Origin: an uncultured virus (IMG/VR IMGVR_UViG_3300028888_000117)
Taxonomy: Duplodnaviria > Heunggongvirae > Uroviricota > Caudoviricetes
Length of the DNA: 64,000 nt
Direction: 5' to 3' (one strand)
IMG/VR virus record: IMGVR_UViG_3300028888_000117
This document shows, piece after piece, positions 61,177 to 64,000 of the stretch. The position numbers were made by a program, and so were the translations under genes. Position 1 is the stretch's first letter; each line of letters opens with the position of its first letter. The notes below the pieces were generated by a model. That model was not told the origin of the DNA. It ran no database searches and worked only from the letters and a program-made list of their open reading frames with translations.

Positions 61177-61263
61177 GGTCAGGTGCCCGAGTCTGGTTGA
61201 TGAGAGTAGTCTGCAAAACTATTGGAAGAAATTCCCGCGTGGGTTCAAATCCCACCCTGGCCT
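61177..61263 (+). tRNA. tRNA-Cys(GCA) with long variable arm
   Basis: GGTCAGG/CCTGGCC, GTAGT-CT GCA AA-ACTAT, extra arm GGAA-GAAA-TTCC, U73. Confidence 0.85.
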
Positions 61264-61264
61264 C

Positions 61265-61405
61265 AAAATTATCTGGTGTATATAAGAGTTACTTCACGAT
61301 TTTTAATTAAGTGGTTTTAATGCAATTTTTCCAGAATTGAATCCTTGGTTCGAATCCAAGAGAATCGATATTTATTTATACTTTTATAGCTGTTCCGATA
61401 ATTTT
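61265..61405 (+). ncRNA. AGAGTTACTTC scaffold RNA copy B enclosing a full cloverleaf
   Basis: Outer AAAATTATC/GATAATTTT; inner TATAAGAGT/ACTTTTATA. Confidence 0.75.
61297..61368 (+). tRNA. tRNA-like cloverleaf with TCC (Gly) anticodon and non-Gly acceptor, embedded in copy B
   Basis: CGATTTT/AGAATCG, ATTA/TAAT, CAATT-TT TCC AG-AATTG, CTTGG-TTCGAAT-CCAAG, A73. Confidence 0.65.
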
Positions 61406-61410
61406 ATTTT

Positions 61411-61485
61411 GGGTCTGTGGTGTAGGTGGTTGTCGCTCGTCGGACTGAAAATCCGAAGGCACTTGTTCAACTCAAGTCGGACCCA
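61411..61485 (+). tRNA. tRNA-Phe(GAA)
   Basis: GGGTCTG/CGGACCC; TCGGA-CT GAA AA-TCCGA. Confidence 0.88.
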
Positions 61486-61773
61486 CAATATAGATTACAG
61501 CCAAAAATGCTATGGAAAATATGTTGTAATTTATATTATAAAGACTTAGAGTAAATTTAGTAAAAGTCCCAGACGTGTATCTAAGTCTAAAACTATTTAA
61601 GCTCAACATTGGTTGAGTAAGCTCTGAAAACAATTATTTTAATTTAACACGTGTCCTATAGTTGTTTTCATTATCTTAGAGCTATCTTGTACTTAAGGCG
61701 CCAAGAAGTACCTCGCCTACGCGGAATGTAGAGGAAATATTAAGTATGAGGATTTGGAAAGATTTATATTAAT

Positions 61774-61853
61774 CAGGGTGTAGCCGGTAATAGGTGACCG
61801 ACTCGCTTTGGAAGCGAGATTAAGTTATGCAGGTTCGAGTCCTGTCTCCCTGA
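61774..61853 (+). tRNA. tRNA-Pro(TGG), enlarged variable loop
   Basis: CAGGGTG/CTCCCTG; CTCGC-TT TGG AA-GCGAG; 10-nt variable region. Confidence 0.85.
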
Positions 61854-61855
61854 CC

Positions 61856-61998
61856 TAATTGTAATTTTCAAGACCTGCGGACAAACGTTAAAGCAGCTGC
61901 AAGTCCAGCTCCAATATGGTATAGGACTCGGTAAGACCTATGTGGTCGATAGCTACGAACCCCATAGTGAGACGAGGAAAGTGAGAAGATTACAATTA
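61856..61998 (+). ncRNA. unknown structured RNA cassette
   Basis: 14-bp closing stem TAATTGTAATTTTC/GAAGATTACAATTA; GC-richer interior. Confidence 0.55.
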
Positions 61999-62003
61999 TC
62001 TTA

Positions 62004-62075
62004 TATACGGAGATACGTGGTGAGACACCTAGTATGGCCCGCAAGGTTTGATAGTTTAAGATAGAATACCGTATA
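62004..62075 (+). ncRNA. unknown small structured RNA
   Basis: TATACGG/CCGTATA closing stem; internal GGTG-AGA-CACC and GCAA hairpins. Confidence 0.4.
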
Positions 62076-62218
62076 ACAAATAAATGTTAGGAAATTGCCC
62101 ACCGAGATTTAAGGTAGCTCCTTAAACAGCTGAATGGGAAACATGCAAGCTATGTTATGATATTGAATATCGGCCGTAAAATATCAATAACTTGAAGAGA
62201 AATAGTTAACATTTATTT

Positions 62219-62247
62219 TTGAAAAATATAATGATAATATCTATTTA
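62219..62247 (+). promoter_or_regulatory. internal promoter motif of the RNA array
   Basis: TTGAAA-N17-TATTTA, with C before the -10, in an AT-rich gap. Confidence 0.5.
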
Positions 62248-62313
62248 TTATTATATAATCGGAATGTAGTAATTATTAATGATAGAAAAAATTAATAAGT
62301 TTCTTGAATATTT

Positions 62314-62397
62314 AGGGGTGTAACCGGTAATTGGTACCCGCCCGCATTTGGGATGCGGAAGCTTCGGCCTATGCGCGTTCGAGTCGCGTCGCCCCTA
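62314..62397 (+). tRNA. tRNA-Pro(TGG), long variable arm
   Basis: AGGGGTG/CGCCCCT; CCGCA-TT TGG GA-TGCGG; variable region AAGCTTCGGCCTAT. Confidence 0.85.
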
Positions 62398-62419
62398 CGA
62401 TCTCAATCTTGGCAAATTT

Positions 62420-62488
62420 AATTGATTAGTGTAGTAGAGAGTTACTTCTAGGAATGCTTAAATACTTTCTACGATTATTCTATCAATT
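62420..62488 (+). ncRNA. AGAGTTACTTC scaffold RNA copy C (minimal)
   Basis: Outer AATTGAT/ATCAATT; inner GTAGAGAGT/ACTTTCTAC. Confidence 0.7.
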
Positions 62489-62491
62489 TAT

Positions 62492-62563
62492 GCTCGGTTC
62501 ATCTAAGGGTTAGGATTCAAGATTTTCATTCTTGCCATACGAGTTCGAATCTCGTACCGAGTA
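62492..62563 (+). tRNA. tRNA-Glu(TTC)
   Basis: GCTCGGT/ACCGAGT; CAAGA-TT TTC AT-TCTTG. Confidence 0.9.
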
Positions 62564-62564
62564 C

Positions 62565-62638
62565 AATTCCTTGTTGAAGAATAGAGTTACTTCAAGAATG
62601 GGTCTTTAAAAATACTTTATTCGCTTATTACAGGAATT
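62565..62638 (+). ncRNA. AGAGTTACTTC scaffold RNA copy D (minimal)
   Basis: Outer AATTCCT/AGGAATT; inner GAATAGAGT/ACTTTATTC. Confidence 0.7.
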
Positions 62639-62645
62639 TTAATAT

Positions 62646-62717
62646 GGGGCTGTCATCTAACGGTCAGGATCTCAGGTTTTCAACCTGGTCATCGGAGTTC
62701 GAGTCTCCGTGGCCCTA
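62646..62717 (+). tRNA. tRNA-Glu(TTC)
   Basis: GGGGCTG/TGGCCCT; TCAGG-TT TTC AA-CCTGG. Confidence 0.88.
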
Positions 62718-62718
62718 C

Positions 62719-62885
62719 AAAAGTTCATTATCCTAGACGATAGGTAAAGTTGGCATTAGAGATATGGGTTATCCGGAAATTTACCACATATCACTTGCCG
62801 GAGTTGTCATAATCGAGTGTACATAAGTAAAGAACTCCCAAAGGCTTGAGCTTTAATACATTGGGCGAGATGGAACAGAACTTTT
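62719..62885 (+). ncRNA. unknown multibranch RNA cassette
   Basis: AAAAGTTC/GAACTTTT closing stem; GGCA..GATATG/CATATC..TGCC, GGAGTT/AACTCC and AAAGGC/GCTTT arms. Confidence 0.55.
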
Positions 62886-62944
62886 ATTTAAGTCGCTTAC
62901 TAAAACGCTGCGGGTTTTTGAGGTTATCCATAAACCTCAAATTT

Positions 62945-63017
62945 AGGGCTGTCGTCTAACTGGTAAGGATTTATCCCTGATAAGGATAAGATCCCGGATC
63001 ATACCCGGGTGGCCCCA
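62945..63017 (+). tRNA. atypical tRNA with GAT (Ile) anticodon on a Glu-like body
   Basis: AGGGCTG/TGGCCCC (A1:C72 mismatch); TATCC-CT GAT AA-GGATA; T-loop ATCATAC. Confidence 0.7.
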
Positions 63018-63027
63018 CAAATTAAAT

Positions 63028-63101
63028 TGGGATATACAGTATAATGGTTAGTACAGCGGACTCTGACTCCGCAGGTTTCGGTTCGAATCCGGATATCCCA
63101 A
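63028..63101 (+). tRNA. tRNA-Gln(CTG)
   Basis: TGGGATA/TATCCCA; GCGGA-CT CTG AC-TCCGC. Confidence 0.9.
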
Positions 63102-63102
63102 C

Positions 63103-63173
63103 AATATAAGGTGACGAATTGGTGTCAGGTAGTCCGAAAGTACAAGCCCACATTACGGGAAGAGCCTTATATT
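63103..63173 (+). ncRNA. unknown small structured RNA
   Basis: AATATAAGGT/GCCTTATATT closing stem with three short internal hairpins. Confidence 0.45.
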
Positions 63174-63179
63174 TATAAT

Positions 63180-63253
63180 TGGGCTATGCTGTGTAACGGT
63201 TAGCACGTCAGCCTTTGAAGCTGAAGGTCTGGGTTCGAATCCCGGTAGCCCAA
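63180..63253 (+). tRNA. tRNA-Gln(TTG)
   Basis: TGGGCTA/TAGCCCA; TCAGC-CT TTG AA-GCTGA. Confidence 0.9.
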
Positions 63254-63255
63254 CT

Positions 63256-63353
63256 AAGTAAGTAATATTTGAAGAGGATAGGTTCGACTCCTTAGTGTAA
63301 CGGTAGCACACTTCGTATATATTTAATGCATTAATATATAAAATTACTTACTT
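63256..63353 (+). ncRNA. permuted T-arm/D-arm tRNA elbow mimic
   Basis: AAGTAAGTAAT/ATTACTTACTT closing stem; GAAG..AGG-TTCGACT-CCT-TA-GTG-TAACGGTAG-CAC-A-CTTC. Confidence 0.65.
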
Positions 63354-63359
63354 TTTAAT

Positions 63360-63433
63360 TGGGGCATAACTCAGTTGGTTAGAGTGTCAATCTGATACGT
63401 TGAAAGTCCCGTGTTCGAGTCACGGTGCCCCAA
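63360..63433 (+). tRNA. tRNA-Ile(GAT)
   Basis: TGGGGCA/TGCCCCA; TCAAT-CT GAT AC-GTTGA. Confidence 0.88.
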
Positions 63434-63437
63434 CTTT

Positions 63438-63662
63438 GGGAATTAGCAAAATGATTCGTATGAAAGTTATTATTTATAAATATTTGCGTAAGGCCGCAAT
63501 TAGACTGAAAGTTCTCGAGATCAATAATATTTATAATAATGATAAGTAATGACAGAAAGATAAAGTAATAAGAATAGCTAACTTACGAAATTGAATTTGA
63601 AAATGCGAACATACTGCGCTACCCGTGGGTGGGTAGAGGTCCTGTGAAAGTCAGTGGTTCCC
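63438..63662 (+). ncRNA. unknown ~225-nt structured RNA
   Basis: GGGAATTA/TGGTTCCC ends; TTCGTA/TACGAA; TTATAAATATT/AATATTTATAA; CTACCC/GGGTAG. Confidence 0.5.
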
Positions 63663-63668
63663 GACCAT

Positions 63669-63744
63669 GCCGAGGTATACCCTCGCTCTCATAAGGCGTT
63701 GAAAGGTTAGTTGGTTCACGTGAGTTCGACCCTCACCCTCGGTA
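63669..63744 (+). tRNA. rearranged tRNA-like RNA with CAT anticodon lacking a canonical D arm
   Basis: GCCGAGG/CCTCGGT; CGCT-CT CAT AA-GGCG; GTGAG-TTCGACC-CTCAC; only 8 nt between acceptor and anticodon arm. Confidence 0.7.
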
Positions 63745-63772
63745 CATTTATATTAATATAAAGATATTATAT

Positions 63773-63845
63773 GCGGCTGTCGTATAACGGTTTATTATAC
63801 TCGCCTTCCAAGCCAGTGACGTGGGTTCGACTCCCATCAGCCGCT
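63773..63845 (+). tRNA. tRNA-Gly(TCC)
   Basis: GCGGCTG/CAGCCGC, CT TCC AA loop, U73. Confidence 0.9.
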
Positions 63846-64000
63846 CGCATTAGTAATGGAGTTTGGTAACGAAGGGTGCTCCCAAGGTTCTCCACGTTAA
63901 ATCCTTCATAGGAGTTTGAATGATTAATTTCATCAAATATTAAAAACTGTCTTTAATGTGGGCACCGTTTTATATTAAAATTTAAATTATATTAATGATA

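Noticed and set aside
60678..61549. ORFs 60678-60995(-), 60892-61089(-), 61337-61549(+)
   Set aside because: They overlap tRNA and ncRNA genes; spurious.
62090..62142. HDV-like (theta) ribozyme suggested by GCTGAATGGG
   Set aside because: I could not build P1, P3 and P1.1 of the nested double pseudoknot, and it is not directly 3' of a tRNA.
60994..62638. AGAGTTACTTC copies as CRISPR repeats
   Set aside because: Only 11 nt are identical, spacing is irregular, and each copy is embedded in a covarying stem.
62646..63017. tmRNA (GGGGCTG start to a distant GGCCCC end)
   Set aside because: 62646-62717 and 62945-63017 each close as their own cloverleaf, and no tag reading frame is evident.

Overview
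This is a very AT-rich window from a large lytic, T4-like/jumbo-type dsDNA phage. The host is probably a Bacteroidetes, judged from Bacteroidales-style lipoproteins and a Bacteroides-like tRNA-Glu. The standard genetic code fits. Positions 1-59.9 kb are densely coding. They hold many small hypothetical genes behind a recurring TTGAAW-N16-TATWTT promoter, nucleotide/DNA metabolism genes (ThyX, a ThyA-fold enzyme resembling dCMP hydroxymethylase, NAD-dependent ligase, a gp46/gp47 pair, RNase H/5'-3' exonuclease, DEDD and PD-(D/E)XK nucleases), a MoxR-AAA/VWA-metallopeptidase pair, ClpP, two HExxH paralogs, a baseplate/tail chaperone-like gene with a candidate +1 frameshift, and two very large putative virion proteins. 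Positions 60.3-64 kb are an RNA-gene array of 15 stand-alone tRNA/tRNA-like genes, several non-canonical, interleaved with many closed-stem ncRNA cassettes. The most striking signal is a four-copy RNA scaffold (invariant AGAGTTACTTC, covarying 9-bp stem) with interchangeable cargo: a circularly permuted tRNA-Leu-like domain, a full TCC cloverleaf with a non-Gly acceptor, or short hairpins. This architecture recalls Y RNA-like (Yrl) tRNA mimics. All calls come from reading motifs and base pairing by eye; no searches or folding programs were run.
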